Shown: positions 1 to 13,631 of the stretch, piece by piece
Layout of the letters: each line of letters starts with the position of its first letter
Position numbering within the stretch: the first letter of the stretch is position 1
From: Podarcis pityusensis
Taxonomy: Eukaryota
Strand: one strand, 5' to 3'
NCBI GenBank assembly: GCA_964106645.2
Contig: OZ067047.1
DNA: 64,000 bases
The notes under the pieces: generated by a model
What the model was told of the DNA's origin: nothing
The model's database searches: none
The model's input: only the letters and a program-made list of their open reading frames with translations
Translations under genes and position numbers: made by a program

Positions 1-84
1 ACCCGAGGTACTACTTCCGGGTTAGCAGAGTCTGTAACCTGAAGCATCTGTAACCTGAAGCATCTGTAACCCGAGGTACCACTG
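1..84. mobile_element. Tc1/mariner (Tigger-like) MITE, right part
   Basis: Ends AACCCGAGGTACCACTG+TA; same family as 46863-47083. Confidence 0.85.
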
Positions 85-1269
85 TACACCCCCTCAATCT
101 GGTATGTTGAGGCATTACTGCTGACCATAAGAAACAGCTGAACTGGGATGTTAATTTCAGATTCCCTACAACCCAATCCAATCCACTCCAATCCAATACA
201 AATCTTTATTATTGTTATAGACCAGCATAAGATAAAAGCACCTCCATACATAAATAAAACATGCTAGATAGGCAATAGGGCAACTGCAGAAGTAGAAGAT
301 TCACGTACTCATACTCTCTGCTACAGTAAACCAGCATAAGATAAAAACACATAAAACACGTAATAAATTTCCTACAAAAGTAATGTTATCTTCTAATAGG
401 TCTAATAGGTCATAATGGTCTTTCTTATGACAGCTTCAAGGGTGGGAGATTGGCAAAAGATCTCCCATTTCTTAATGAATGGCACAATTTATTCTAAGTG
501 AAGTATCTTTTAAGTCTCAGTAGTTTTAAGTCTCAGTGGTTTTGTCAGGAGAAATAAGCATATGCTTAACTTTCCTTCACAGAAACCAGTAGAAGTGCAT
601 TTAGCTAGATCATGCCAGGTGTTCTTTAAAATAAACTTTCCACATTTTCCCAGGGTCCTAAAATAGTTTTAATGAAAAAGATAGTAAGCTCCTTGGACCA
701 GGGACCAGTCTCTTCTGCTTATTAAACTCTTTAAAATAACATGTGCATTTATGGGACTGTATCAATAATATTGGGTATTATCCTTCATACTTCAAAAGCA
801 TTTACTGTGAAACACATTTGACATTTTAGTAGGATTTTCTTCTTCCTTTTCCTCACTGCTTATATGTTTTCAGTATGCATCTAGAGAATATTCCACGTAT
901 GTGCAAGAGAGTGAGTCCTTAGACAGAAATTATGGCTGCCAGCTTCTCTTCAAATATATTACTCTGAACACAAGACTAAAATTATTGGTTTTGCAAGTAC
1001 TTTGAACTTTAAAATAGAACTTTTGCAGACAATGGAAGGGTTTGCAGAGAATTCAAGTGATCTTTTAAAAAGTAAGATTAGTCATAGTTCATTTCATACT
1101 TTAGCTGGAAGACTGGGCTCAAATGTTCAAGTGGCTTTCCAAGACCAAGGGAGAGGGAATATCTTTTTTACTGAGCACTTCTATAGAACTATTAGATTAA
1201 TCTGGCACATTCATATACTTATAATTTATATCTATGCTAGACTGGTTGCCAGAGTGAATTGTTTGATAT

Positions 1270-1378
1270 CAGTAGCCAACTCAAAGTAGATCTGTTGAAA
1301 TTGATGAACATGACTAAGTTAGGTCCACTAATTTCAGTCGGTCTACTCTGGGTAAAACTCTCCCAAATACCACCCAGT
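1270..1378. mobile_element. Old palindromic MITE (related copies near 29222-29300, 36250-36340, 62880-62960)
   Basis: Imperfect palindrome (agtagatctgttgaaatt…aatttcagtcggtctactct) recurring in the window. Confidence 0.55.
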
Positions 1379-2321
1379 GCCTGTATTGCTATCTTTGTTA
1401 AAGACAAATGATAGTGGCAATTAAATTCCTACATGTCTGATATAAAGCTTTTTGTTCAAAACTTGATGTGCCATATGACTTGCTTTTTCAATTTATTCAG
1501 AAGACATACACCCTGATCCATACACAGCAAATGCAGGCTCCCTATGAACCCCTAATGTGGAGAATCACACACACAAGTGAGCTCTGCTAATAAGCTCTAG
1601 CCTAATTTAACAGAAATATATAAATACTGTTTTAACAGGTTGAAATGTTCTTTGTGACTTTGATTTAGCCCTTCTCTTCTTTGCCAAATAGCTGGTATGC
1701 TATGTTCCTAGCAGAGGCACCAGCTTGCGAGGGCGGGGGGGGGGAGGGGCAACATCCCACACACATCATCAGGACATCAGGAAGAGCAAGGGGCAGAGCT
1801 GAATGCTGCTGCTGTATGGCTTCAATAGCCAGCGGCTCTTCCTGTGCCTCTTTCTGGTACCACCACCGCCAGGAGACTGCTTCCACTCTCCACAGCAGCA
1901 GCAGCAGGAGGTGCTGGCCACAGGAGCTACACTTTTGGGACATCCAGGGGGAGGGAAATTGAATTAAAAATGAAACTTAAAGGGCTGTTTTCCCAAACAA
2001 GCATCTGATTCATTCCCGACATCTAGAAAGCGAATTTTCATGGTAGTTATTAAAGTTAACGGATCAGAGGAGACAGAAGTAAACAGAAGAACTCTTTCAT
2101 CCTAAAGCAATCTAAGCCCTTGTTTAAAAAGAAGAGTTGCAGAAAGCTGCTGACAAGGTCCCATTGCCTAAGAAGTGGACTTTAATAATAAGCCAATGGC
2201 TCGAGAAATATTTGTATCCAAGGATGTTGTGCTAAGGAGCAGCCTCACAGTCACTTTCATCACAGTACCTAGGACCACTCCCTTTCTCAACATAGATTCG
2301 CCATCTATTCAACCCAACACG

Positions 2322-2527
2322 TACTTAATTCGTTCCAGAGGTCCGTTCTTAACCTGAAACCGTTCTTAACCTGAGGTACCACTTTAGCTAATGGGGCCTC
2401 CTGCTGCCACCACGCTGCCACCATGCGATTTCTGTTCTCATCCTGAGGTAAAGTTCTTAACCCAAGGTACTACTTCCAGGTTAGCAGAGTCTGTAACCTG
2501 AAGTGTTTGTAACCCGAGGTACCACTG
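2322..2527. mobile_element. Tc1/mariner MITE, left TIR missing
   Basis: Body is the reverse complement of 46863-47083; ends AACCCGAGGTACCACTG+TA. Confidence 0.85.
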
Positions 2528-2607
2528 TATATGGAAGGCTGCACCTCCCCAAGTCAACATACTCTGGTCTCAGTAGCTGAAATTCATCCAAGCAGAACTA
2601 ACTGAAG

Positions 2608-2743
2608 CAGGAGTAGCCAACATGGTGCCCCTCCAGATGTTGTTGGACTACAACTTCCACCATCCTAGCCCATTGGCCATGATGGCTATAGCTGAAGAGA
2701 GTTTGAGTTCATGAACATCTGGAGGGCACATTGGCCATGACTG
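2608..2743. mobile_element. ~135-bp palindromic hAT-type MITE (older copy)
   Basis: ccctccagatgttgttggactac…catctggaggg, same family as 19226-19361; further degraded copies near 16408-16543, 19555-19695, 24055-24192, 48600-48740. Confidence 0.7.
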
Positions 2744-4247
2744 ATGAGAGCTAGAAAAACATATTTAATCTACATGGGAAAACAACATTTAGTGGCATCC
2801 AATATTTAGTCAACCTTCATGCTAAATAAAGAAAACTGCAGGATGTTCCAATGATTCATATTAAGAAATGAGATTATGAACATATGTATTAATTAGATGA
2901 GGGTCCACCAGTATCGTGGGCTACAAGTATTTTTTTTTATTAAGTTCTGAACGATCTACTTTCCACCTCTCATGCCTCTGTACTTCTCCTTGTCCCATCT
3001 GTTTGCAACAGATTATGTAACTCTTAAAACCAAATAAATGAAGTAAAAAAAAAACCATTGTCTTATAAAAGATCACTCACAATTAAGACTAATACTCTCC
3101 CACTGATACTTTCTCTACACGGTCATATACATGTGTCCACATGATAGATGGATTGAATGAAGGAATAAATGGACCTGCTGATGTGAACTGCCCTTAAGAA
3201 ACATAAAAGTTCAAATATTTTCACAACAACTAGGAATATGAGGTTATTGTTGATCTCATAATGTACTGCAGCAAAAAAAAAAAAAATGCTTGCCTATATC
3301 AGACCATTAAAAAGGATATTTGCTTACTTCAAACCTTATTTCCAATGAGAGCATTGGACCATCTACTGTATTTCAAATAAATTGGTTTAAATCTGCATAT
3401 AAAAATATTTACTTTCATTAAGGTGCAGAAGCTAAAGAATGGACTACAGATTTCAGGAGATGTTGGTTTTCATCTCAAGTCATCAGTGACAGGCTCTGTG
3501 GAAGGCAGAGACCCACACTTTAGTAGACAATATTAAGCAAACACAGAAATTTGCATCTCAAATATTTACAGCTGATTATTATTTACTAACTGTGATGCAT
3601 CTTCTCTCATTGTGCTTTTCTTATTATGGTTCTTATTATTATTTGGAGCTGGCTGCATGACTGCTTTTTCACTTTCAAAAGAGACTGCTTGACTGAGCCT
3701 GAGGGCTTGGTATCCTATGCTGTGCAGTATCCTGTTAGATGGCTAAAACGGACAAGTCATCCTGGGTTTTTTGGAAAGCTAGTAAACAACAGAGGGCACC
3801 TGAAGTGTTCAGCAATTAAAAAGTTTCTAACAGTGGTAGGAATAAATCCACAAGAGATATACAACTTAAAGTTTAATTGGGTAGAGATCATTTTTATCAT
3901 CTAGCTGCTACTTCAGATATCAGCCTCTCAAAGGTAAAAATAAAACAAACGGTTCTCTTTTCACCTTGGCACGCCCCAGTTAATTCCTGTCTTTCCTCTG
4001 CGGAAGTTACAAGGAAGACAGAGACAAATGATATCTAGTCACATCCTATATTACTATAACCTTTATCATTAATTCAGCTCTGGTCACTTGACGATAAACC
4101 AAGGTGTCACACTCAGACTTCCTCAAGCCAGTACCCGCCAGATGTGTTGAACTAACTGAATCAGTTAAGTAGTCTAACTGAATGAGCATTAAGATTTGGT
4201 TCAACATTGACTCAGTTAAGAGAACTGAAGCTTAAGTATGGTTTAAA

Positions 4248-4500
4248 GGTAAAGAACCCCTGGATGGTTAAGTCCAGTCAAAGGCAACTATGGGGTTGCA
4301 ACGCTCATCTCGCTTTCAGGCCGAGGGAGTTGGCAATTGTCCACAGACAGCTGGTCATGACTAAACCGCTTCTGGCATCATGGAACATCGTGATGAGTGC
4401 CAGAGCACATGGAAACGCCTTTTACCTTCCCGCCACAGTGGTACCTATTTATCTACTTGCACTGATGTGCTTTCGACCTGCTAGGTTGGCAGACAGAAAA
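4248..4500 (-). mobile_element. Sauria SINE, 5'-truncated, with 11-bp TSD
   Basis: Body matches 62110-62463 in reverse; TSD tatggtttaaa at 4237-4247 and 4501-4511. Confidence 0.9.
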
Positions 4501-5600
4501 TATGGTTTAAAATGGGTTAGTAAACTATGATCTCCACCAACTATGGTGTGATATCATAATCCACATATCACAGTTACAGCTGTCTTTCATCACCAGAGGC
4601 TGCTGAATGTTGATGATGGAATGCTGAGCAATGAAAGATGAAGGCATCTAAGCAGCTATGGTTTGCCTAATCATTTGAAAGCTCAAGTCAAAGTTCTAAA
4701 CTATGGTCAGAACAATCCAGGGTTTAGTGTCTGAACGGAGCTATTATGTCACATATTGGAGGAGGAGTACTGGAAAAAGAAGACTCAATAAAGCTTTTCT
4801 GTGTAACTGGCAAATGAACTTACAAAGGGTGAACCGATAAGTTTATTTACTGGCATAATGCCCATTGAGAATGCAGCTTTGAAAACTGCCTGGTATATGG
4901 ATTAATTTTATCCAGGAGCACGTTCGCTAGATAAGTATGTAGGCAGTGCAGCCTTTCAAGGCAAAAGAAAACTAACAGCATTTGTGTTATCTGTGAAACT
5001 TTATCATGGTTTAATTCATCTCAGGTACTTTGATCCTTGCACCACAAAAATAACTTTTATATAAGAAATCCTGACTATTATTGTTTGATTTTTCTCCCAT
5101 TTCAGGACATTGCTATTGTTACAAATGCATGTTATTTAGACTGAAGAAAGGCTTTCAACCTAGACTGATAAATAATATGGAAGGATTATATTCTTTTGGA
5201 TTTTCACTCAGCTGTATCCAAATGTGAAAAGGAGACTCTTTGTCCATTTTTATATCTAACTAATTTAAAACACTTCCTGAGCATCCTTTGAAGATAGCAT
5301 CCTTATTTTTTTGGAGTGTTGTTAACATTTGGCTCGCAGTTCAAATATTTCCATCACTTAAAAGCTTTCTCGCAGTTTCTACAAATAGGAAGGACGAATT
5401 ACCGGTACAATACGGTCTATAATACTAGTTTGGATCAAAAGCTAATTTAGGCTTTACCATAAGCTATGGGCAGAAGAAGATCAAATATATATAACACACA
5501 TAAACACAACAGGTATTATATAGCTTCCCAACCCACTGTTCACTTGTATAATCTGTAACAGGGATTTGTGAAAGGTGTTGCTTTCCTTGACAATCTTTAA

Positions 5601-5929
5601 CCTCTGACCATTAGGTCCAGTCGTGACCGACTCTGGGGTTGCGGCACTCATCTCGCTTTATTGGCCAAGGGAGCCGGCATACAGCTTCCGGGTCATGTGG
5701 CCAGCATGACTAAGCCACTTCTGGCAAACCAGAGCAGCGCACGGAAACGCCGTTTACCTTCCTGCCGGAGCAGTACTTATTTATCTACTTGCACTTGACA
5801 TGCTTTCGAACTGCTAGGTTGGCAGGAGCTGGGACCGAGCAATGGGAGCTCACCCCATCGCGGGGATTTGAACCGCCGACCTTCTGATCGGCAAGTCCTA
5901 GGCTCTGTGGTTTAAACCACAGCGCCACC
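5601..5929 (-). mobile_element. Sauria SINE, near full length
   Basis: Reverse complement of the tRNA-headed SINE at 62110-62463. Confidence 0.92.
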
Positions 5930-8609
5930 TAAACACCCCAGTTTCTCTGAATAGGGGGATAGTGAAAGGGCCCTGTGGTTCAATAGGAGAGAACATGTTC
6001 TGCATTCAGCAGGTCCCATTTCAAACGCCAGAATAATAAAGACATGTCATTTATTATATCTAGAGAGATAATATAAGCACTAACACAAAACTATGGCCAG
6101 GAAACAGCTAAAACTCATCAGAAGTGCCTTCTGATACAGCTGCAATTACAGTTGGGCAGGTCACTGTACAGCTAAGTTAGTGGTATTAACTTCTATGAAC
6201 TTCAGGAGCACCCAACTTTAGCCAGGATGATAGCATCCTTGTGATGGAGTGCTATATATACATGTTAAACTATTTCTCTAAAAAATCATAAATTGGCAAC
6301 ATCTTCAGTTAGAGTCTCGGGTAGCAGGGTTGAGAACTTGTAGGTCTGCTGCCAGCCAGGGTAGACCACAATGGGAGAGATGAATGAACTGTCTGACTTC
6401 GGATAAGGCACCTTCACGACTTCTCTGCCCCTTAATAAGCCCATTTGAAAACTGCCCTCATAATTTCCCCATAGAATAGATTGTTCAAGTTAATTGTGCT
6501 GACTATGTAACAAGATACTCTGCTGCATAAAATCTGCTGCCCATTAATTATGACTAATGATATTTGTATTTTGAGAAAGGAGATTCCCTGTTTGTGTTCA
6601 ATATACCATTTATAATATTGTAAACTAACTACTACCTCCTGGCAAAAGCCTATCTAAACACAAGCATCTTATCTATCTATCTATCTAGCATACCCTCTTG
6701 CAGTTAAGGAAGCCTTAGTAATTTTTCCTGTTTCCCCCCTTAACCAATTTTCTGTTCTAGAATCACATTATCAAATTACTGCAAATTTTCCCCATAATGT
6801 AAAGGGGCATAAAACATATAGCTATACTGTGCTATATAGCTGCACATACTTGCATAGTATAATGTGTTAGTTATAGTAACAATAAGCAGTTTCATGTATT
6901 AAAAGAAATATGGAGGAAAAGCGAGTACAATGGCTTCACAACTGACACTTTCTTATTTTCCACAATATCCAAAGTGAATTGTGCATCTCCTTCTCTACTT
7001 CATGGTGGGATGCTAAAGACGGTGACATTTTGTGCACCTGTGAAGTCTGAAGCATCAACATATTCCATTTTGAGCATTACAGAAAATGAGAAGGGGTCTT
7101 GAATTTCCTGAAACCTTAACCCTTGTGTAGCTGAATACCCAAGACCACTCTACCACATTATGCTAAAATATGGTTTAATATGATGGGCACTGACTGGAAG
7201 AAGCTTAGAGAGCTCTTTCCCTTCTCCATTTGTCCTGCATGACCACAAAGTGGGCTTCAGTGGTTTCTACTTTTGTAGAAAAAGAAAATTGGTGTCATGG
7301 TTTAACAAATTCAAGGTAGTTTAACAAACTCATAACTCATGGTTTGAAGCTGGCTTGTGGTTTATGGGTTTATGATCTACAGTTCAACACAACAAGCTAA
7401 TATTAGGGAAAAGTAAAAGCTGCTGATGTCTTCCTGCTGTCTGCGGGAGAAGAGGGAAGGAAGAACATGTGCACCTGAGGCTCACCTGGGATCATCCTAA
7501 CTTTTATTCATCACATTAAGCCATGGTTCAGTGTGACATGTGAACACACCCTGTGTCTATGTTTATATGAAAAACAAGAAGGTTCCACCACAGCAAACTG
7601 TAAACCGTATTATATTCTTATTGCATATTTACTTAATTATTTTGCTAACTGGCTAAACAGATGGGTCACAATCCAGCACAGAAGTTATGCATACTTAAGA
7701 CCACTGAATCAGGTGGCTTAAGTATGCTTAATTATATGCTCTGGTGTGCTGAGTGAATTCAAGCACATTTTCATACAAAAACAAACAAACAAACATAAGA
7801 ATACTTACATAACAAATGAAAAGATAACTAAACCATTAACTATATTATGGAAGTCTTTGGAGAGTGTTTATAAATTAGTAATTCTGACATTCCAGAAAAT
7901 TGCCAATTTACAGGGAAACAGAATGAAACAATTCTATTATTTCATATATATATAAATACCCCATCTGGGCCATTTTAATATATTTAGTTTTGCACTAATA
8001 ATTAATATTACCCCAAGCAAGATTTTAAGCAACACCAGGCATTCAAGGGCATTTTTTTTCAGCTCCAGTACAGTATTCTTAACAAAGGAAATAAAAATGC
8101 ATATATATGTCCTCTTCAATTACAGTTGCCAATCCTAGAGCCAAACAAAAACATCTAGAAATTGCAGAAAATAAGTATTCCGTTCAACGTCCTTAGCCCC
8201 CACCCCCACCCCTTTTTTGTATAGATATGAGTCTAGATCATTTGAATTTTTCCTTAATAAAGGTAAACTTTATGTAACCCACACAGGGTCCCTCCCTGGG
8301 CAAAACTATAACATCTAGAAACCAAGCCTACTGACAGAAGTTTGATAATATATGTAAATGTATCCACTGTAAATCAGGGCACGTATTTGTTTAGTAAATC
8401 TTCATGAAAGCACGTATCCGTAGGCAGTTACAGTATACTAGTGGGATGTGATATATTTACTTATAATATGAAACAAAATTCCTAAAAATAGAAAGCCAAC
8501 AGCTTATCAAGTACTTGGAAAGACACTTTAAAATGTGCTAGGATACAGACGTGTTTTGATAAACTAAAAAAGAAATACATTGATGACTTGGGTGGACGTT
8601 TCCAGGGGA

Positions 8610-9503
8610 TGCTTGGAGAATGTTCTACAGCCCCGTTGAACCTTCAGTGTGGGGTTCATCAGGGTTGGGTTTGATTTTATCCCCTGTGCTGTTTAACATC
8701 TACATGAAACCACCGAGTGAGGTCACTCGGAGTTCTGGAGTACATTCTCAGCAAAATGCTGATGACACACAGCTCAACTTCTTCTTTACATCTGGAGGTG
8801 AGGCGGTGGATGTGCTGGACCATTGCTGTCTTGCCGAAATAATGGACTTGAGGAGAGCCAACAAACTGAAGCTCAATCCAGATAAGACTGGGGCACTGTT
8901 AGCGGGTGGTTCCCTAGATTGGATGGATGAGAGGTTGCCTGCTGTTGATGAGATTACACTGCCTCTGAAGGAGTGGGTATGTAGTTTGGGGGTCCTTTGC
9001 TGTCGCTTGAGGCTCAGGTAGTCTCAGTGGTGCAGAGTGCCCAACTGCACTGGCTGCCAATTAGTTTCTGGACCCAATTCAAACTGCTGGTTTTGACCTA
9101 TAAAGCCTTAAAACGGTTCAGGGCTGCAATACCTCAAGGAATGCCTCTCCCTATATGATCCTGAGAGACCCTTCTAGGTGTGCCTCCTCCATGAGAGGTC
9201 CAGAGGATAGCAACATGAGAGCAGGCCTTTTCTGCAGTGGCTCCCCATTTGTGGGATGCTCACCTGGTGCCATCACTATACATCTTTAGGCACCAGGAAA
9301 AAATGTTCCTCTTCAACCAAGCCTTGGGCTAATTAACATTCTATGTCCTTTTAAATGTGTTGGGGGAGTATTGGTTTGTTTTGTTCTGGTTCTTATTTTT
9401 ATGATGTATTTTGTGTTTTTATTTTGTATTTTTATAGTTTGAACCACTCTGACATCTTTGGGTGAAGGGTGGTATACAAATTTAATGAACCAAAATAAAA
9501 ATA
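8610..9503 (+). mobile_element. L2-clade LINE 3' fragment (decayed RT and 3' UTR)
   Basis: ORF 8620-9021 has LSPVLFNIYMKP…ADDTQL…NKLKLNPDKT RT motifs; followed by an LHWLP-like segment and A-rich tail. Confidence 0.88.
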
Positions 9504-12500
9504 AATGTGCAAACTGAATCAAATTTTGTCACTACTACTATGCTTAGCACTAAACTTTTGCCTTTCCATGGACTGGGCTTTGCAGCCAGGTTTATTATTT
9601 CCCCTCAATATCTGACCATCAGAAGTCACTACAGAAGAATGGTGGTGGTAAATTGACAAAAAAAAATTATTGGCAACTTTACAAGAAAGGTTACTCTCCT
9701 AAATCAAGCAAGAGAACTCATAACAGAGCAGGGTAATAGAATTTTAAGGTCAGATACTTTCAGATGATAAAATTAGTCACATTTGAATTTAGGCATTTGC
9801 CCAATCTAGAAACAAATAAAGCATTCCCAAGAGATTACAGACACTCCATGTAAAGCAACAATGTATGTTTTCAGTCATGTGTCAAATAGCAGAATATAAA
9901 CCTCAGCTTACACTTTCCCAAAGTACTTCATCCATATTGTGTTTGAATTTATTCAATCCTCCTAAATGGATACTGAATCTAGCTAGACAAATATAATCTA
10001 ACCCGAGATAATTAAATAAAATGTCAATGCATCTCTATGCAAATTGTGAGAACCTAGCTCAGCAGAATACTCTAGATATCCCATAAAAGCACCCTGCAGT
10101 TCAATACTGTATTACTTTAAGTGTAACCTTATCCAGTAGCTGTCTTAAGAATTTGTGAGATCTTTGTCCTGAGTCCATAACCCAAATTGAGCCCTGAAAT
10201 GTCGACATTTCCAGGAAGGGAAAATCAAATAAGCAGCCAAATTAACCCACAATCTACTCTGTCTAGTAGGATGAATATACAAGCATGATGACATCACTGG
10301 TGGCTGAAAGTAGGACAAGACTACTGAAAAAGATCAGGAGCTATAAAGACTTGAAAAATTCATACATTTCAAAATTTCAAACATTTCTAACTTTGTTCAC
10401 AAGGCATCCCCACACAATTTTTGCAGCTCCTCAGCATGGTGTTGTCATCCATGAGGATCAACTCCTGAGCTGTTGGGCCCTAGAGCTCCTGCCTCCTCCC
10501 CACCTTTTGAAAACTTAAAAGAAAATACTTTGCGTAAATAGTGGCTGGTCGCACTACAAAATGCACCACCTTAATTTGTGCAGAGCAGTCCCTCTATTGG
10601 TCAGTGTCATGGGCTTGTGTCCCGAGTTCTCTATGAACTTCTTATCATGCATGTTCCTCAGGATCTTCGGCAGTTCCCCTCTGCGCCCCTTGTGAATGCA
10701 AATTTACTTGTGCATAATGGCAGGTTCCCAGGAGAAACACACGCCAAATTCCTTCTAGAATTTGTCAAAACTGGAAAACTCTCTAGCCTCTCATAACTTC
10801 TCTTACCTCGCCTTTGACAATAAGATCTTAAGTGGATTGTAACAATGTTTTGTATATACTATCTAAAAGAACTGATGAGAAAAAGGGGGATAAGAGAGAA
10901 GATCTTTGTAATTTCTAAAGTTTGTAAGCTCATCGTTACATAGTTTGCTGAAGCTCCCTGCATGCCTTCTCTTGACTCCATGGAAAAATATAGCTTCTTT
11001 ATGATACTCAGGGTGAATCCTAGCTGACTACATCAACAAAATCAAAATGCTTGGCATTGAAAGCACAGCATTTGATTGGTGGGTGTGTCAATGCTTTCAA
11101 GGATTAAGCTATTACACAGGCATATGGAACTGTGATGCTGAAAGGAATTCAGCTGATGAGAAAGCACACAAACAAGGAATACAACCATATGTGTATCTGA
11201 TAGGAGAGATGTTTGTGCCGTCTATAATGAAGTGGTTGACTCTCTTGTTGAGTTCTTGAATAAACATTTTGAAGTTGATTCTGATCTGCTGCTCAAAGGC
11301 AAGCCTTTTGAAACCTTCAGTAAACCAGGAGGAAGTTCACAAGGTGTTATTTGCAAAACTTGATCTGACCGAACTTTCATTAGAGTAGGGGAGATTCCCT
11401 ACTCTAGGAATAGAGGTGATGTTCACAGATGATGACACTGTTCCATTTGTTTCACTTTCTTGCATTATCTGATCCACACAGAAATGTCACAGTGCTCACG
11501 GTCCTTCTTCTGGCAGCTAAGCTTCACAGTGCTGTTGCTGAGCATCTCACCTACACAAATGTCACCTTGAAGTCCATCAACGGAAACAAACTCTCAGTTG
11601 ATTCAGAAACTGAACATCTGCATCTATCACAATATGCCACCACTCATCAAATGGGATCCCAGGGCATCAGTGCTTCTGTAGATTAAAATATGTGAGCAGA
11701 GGACCAAAAATATGGCCACGGCAAGACAGCAGTTGTGCTTTAAGGGATTTTCTTCAGAGGCTTGCAAGCATAACAACTCAAAACACTCAATCCCAGGTGT
11801 TGACAGTCTGATCAGCATGAAACAAATAAATTGAAACATACTCAGCACAATGTGAAAGGAGGTACCATGGCACAACTGTGTAATATTCAGTTTTGTGTTT
11901 GCTTTGTGCTGGTATGTAACAGCTGCATACTTACATACAGTGTTAAAACAGAGTTCAATAAATGCCAAAGTCCATAAATGGCTTGACTAGTCAAGTAGTT
12001 AGAGCCATAATATACTATTTATATAAGCTTATGAAGATTTCAAATGAACCAGTATTCATCTTCATTTTCTATTTCTTTTTATCTTTTCTCAGCTATCTAT
12101 TTTTTTAAAGAAACTACCCAGCTCCTTATTAAATCTCATATGCCCAACTGCACAAAAACTTATTTCACACTGCCACCAATTTTTTGACACTGCACAAAAT
12201 GCGTCTGGTTTGACGTTATAACTTAATAACTACTCCAGGGTTTATTCTAAGAGGTTTTATGTTATTCTTGTCACTGGCTCATAGTTCTTACTTTCACATA
12301 ATGTGCTCAGCAAAGATTTGCAAAGCTCAGGGGGAGGGGAAGAAGTCTGAAAATAGTAGGACAGAGTTTGCCAACTTTTTTGACCCATGGGCACATTTGC
12401 CTGCTCCACAGTTGCACATGCACAGCCATGCAAACATGTACAGGCATGTACAAAAGGCTTCCTTCAAGCCTAAGTTCCATTTGGGGAGAAGAGGACAGGA

Positions 12501-13631
12501 CCTGGCAGGGACCAAAGAAGGGTTCTGGGGGAGCATGTGCAGTGGTGTGTACCATGGGGGAAGAAAACATCTATTTACTTACTTACTTACTTACTTATTT
12601 AAGAAGAGGCTATTAAAAGTGAGTTAATGACAAAACAACTCATAAACAACAGAGTGCCTGATGCATAGCTTCAGTCTCTTGTCACTCCATTAGAAAATCT
12701 GTAGTCTGCGCTTAACTTCACTATAATAATTTGAGAAACATATTTCCTGCATGTTTTCATTCATTTTCAAATTCTCTCTTCCTGCCCCCATCTACTAAAT
12801 CCTAGTTTAAGAACGCCAAATAAGGCTGTTATTTTTTTTTTTAAAAAAAGTCAGTTCCTTCTAACATTATACAGTAATCTTGAGAAAATGTGTGTATGAA
12901 TCTCAAAAAGAGCTTAATATTCCCCAATTACCTATTTCTCTTAAGTGAAATGGACGAACTGCTTTATTTTTTTACCTGACCTAAATCATTTCTGGGTCGA
13001 GATTTCATGAATTTCAATACATATCACATGGATATATTTCATCCATGGATAATTTCAGTATGCACGATTCAATTAACAGAACATTATTTATTTATTTTGA
13101 AACATTATTTATACACCACTAAAACAGGCACACACAATATGTTTGAACACACTGGTTGCATTCACACAGCCCCAGGCACAAGCAGAGTAAACAGATCAGG
13201 AAGTCTGGCTTCTCTATGTGTCTGTACTTCAGAACACGGTTTGTTGCTGCTTCTTAACAAGCCACAATCAAGAGACAACCTTAAGCCGCGGTTAATTGTT
13301 GATGTGCTGATTGTTTATTCCATTCGCACTAGGGGAAGACTGAAGCAGCAGTGACCTAGCAGCATCCAACAGCATGCTGCTCTTTCACAATAAATCACGA
13401 TAAGCAAGAAAGTCTGGCTTATCATTACAAGCAAACACTATCTTGGTAAAGCTCGTGGCAATTTCTTCCACATAAATATTTACAGAAATAACTAGTTGCC
13501 ATTTTAGATTGTTTATCTTAACCCTGCATCTAGAACAACAATGGTTTTAAAAAAAATAAAAATGAAAGGCACACCTCACACTGGAGAATTCCAGAGTTAT
13601 ATTTATCTGCTATTAATTTTAGTGAATTCTC

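Noticed and set aside
1665-1962. Overlapping 92-93 aa ORFs on both strands
   Set aside because: Low-complexity GC/CAG-rich patch with no TRHDE or other homology; at most regulatory.
2741-2760. CTGATGA…GAAA hammerhead-like core
   Set aside because: No stable stem II or stems I/III; a chance match at a MITE edge.
11230-11680. Coding-looking stretch behind an acceptor-like tctacag on the minus strand
   Set aside because: All three frames hit stops within about 16 codons.
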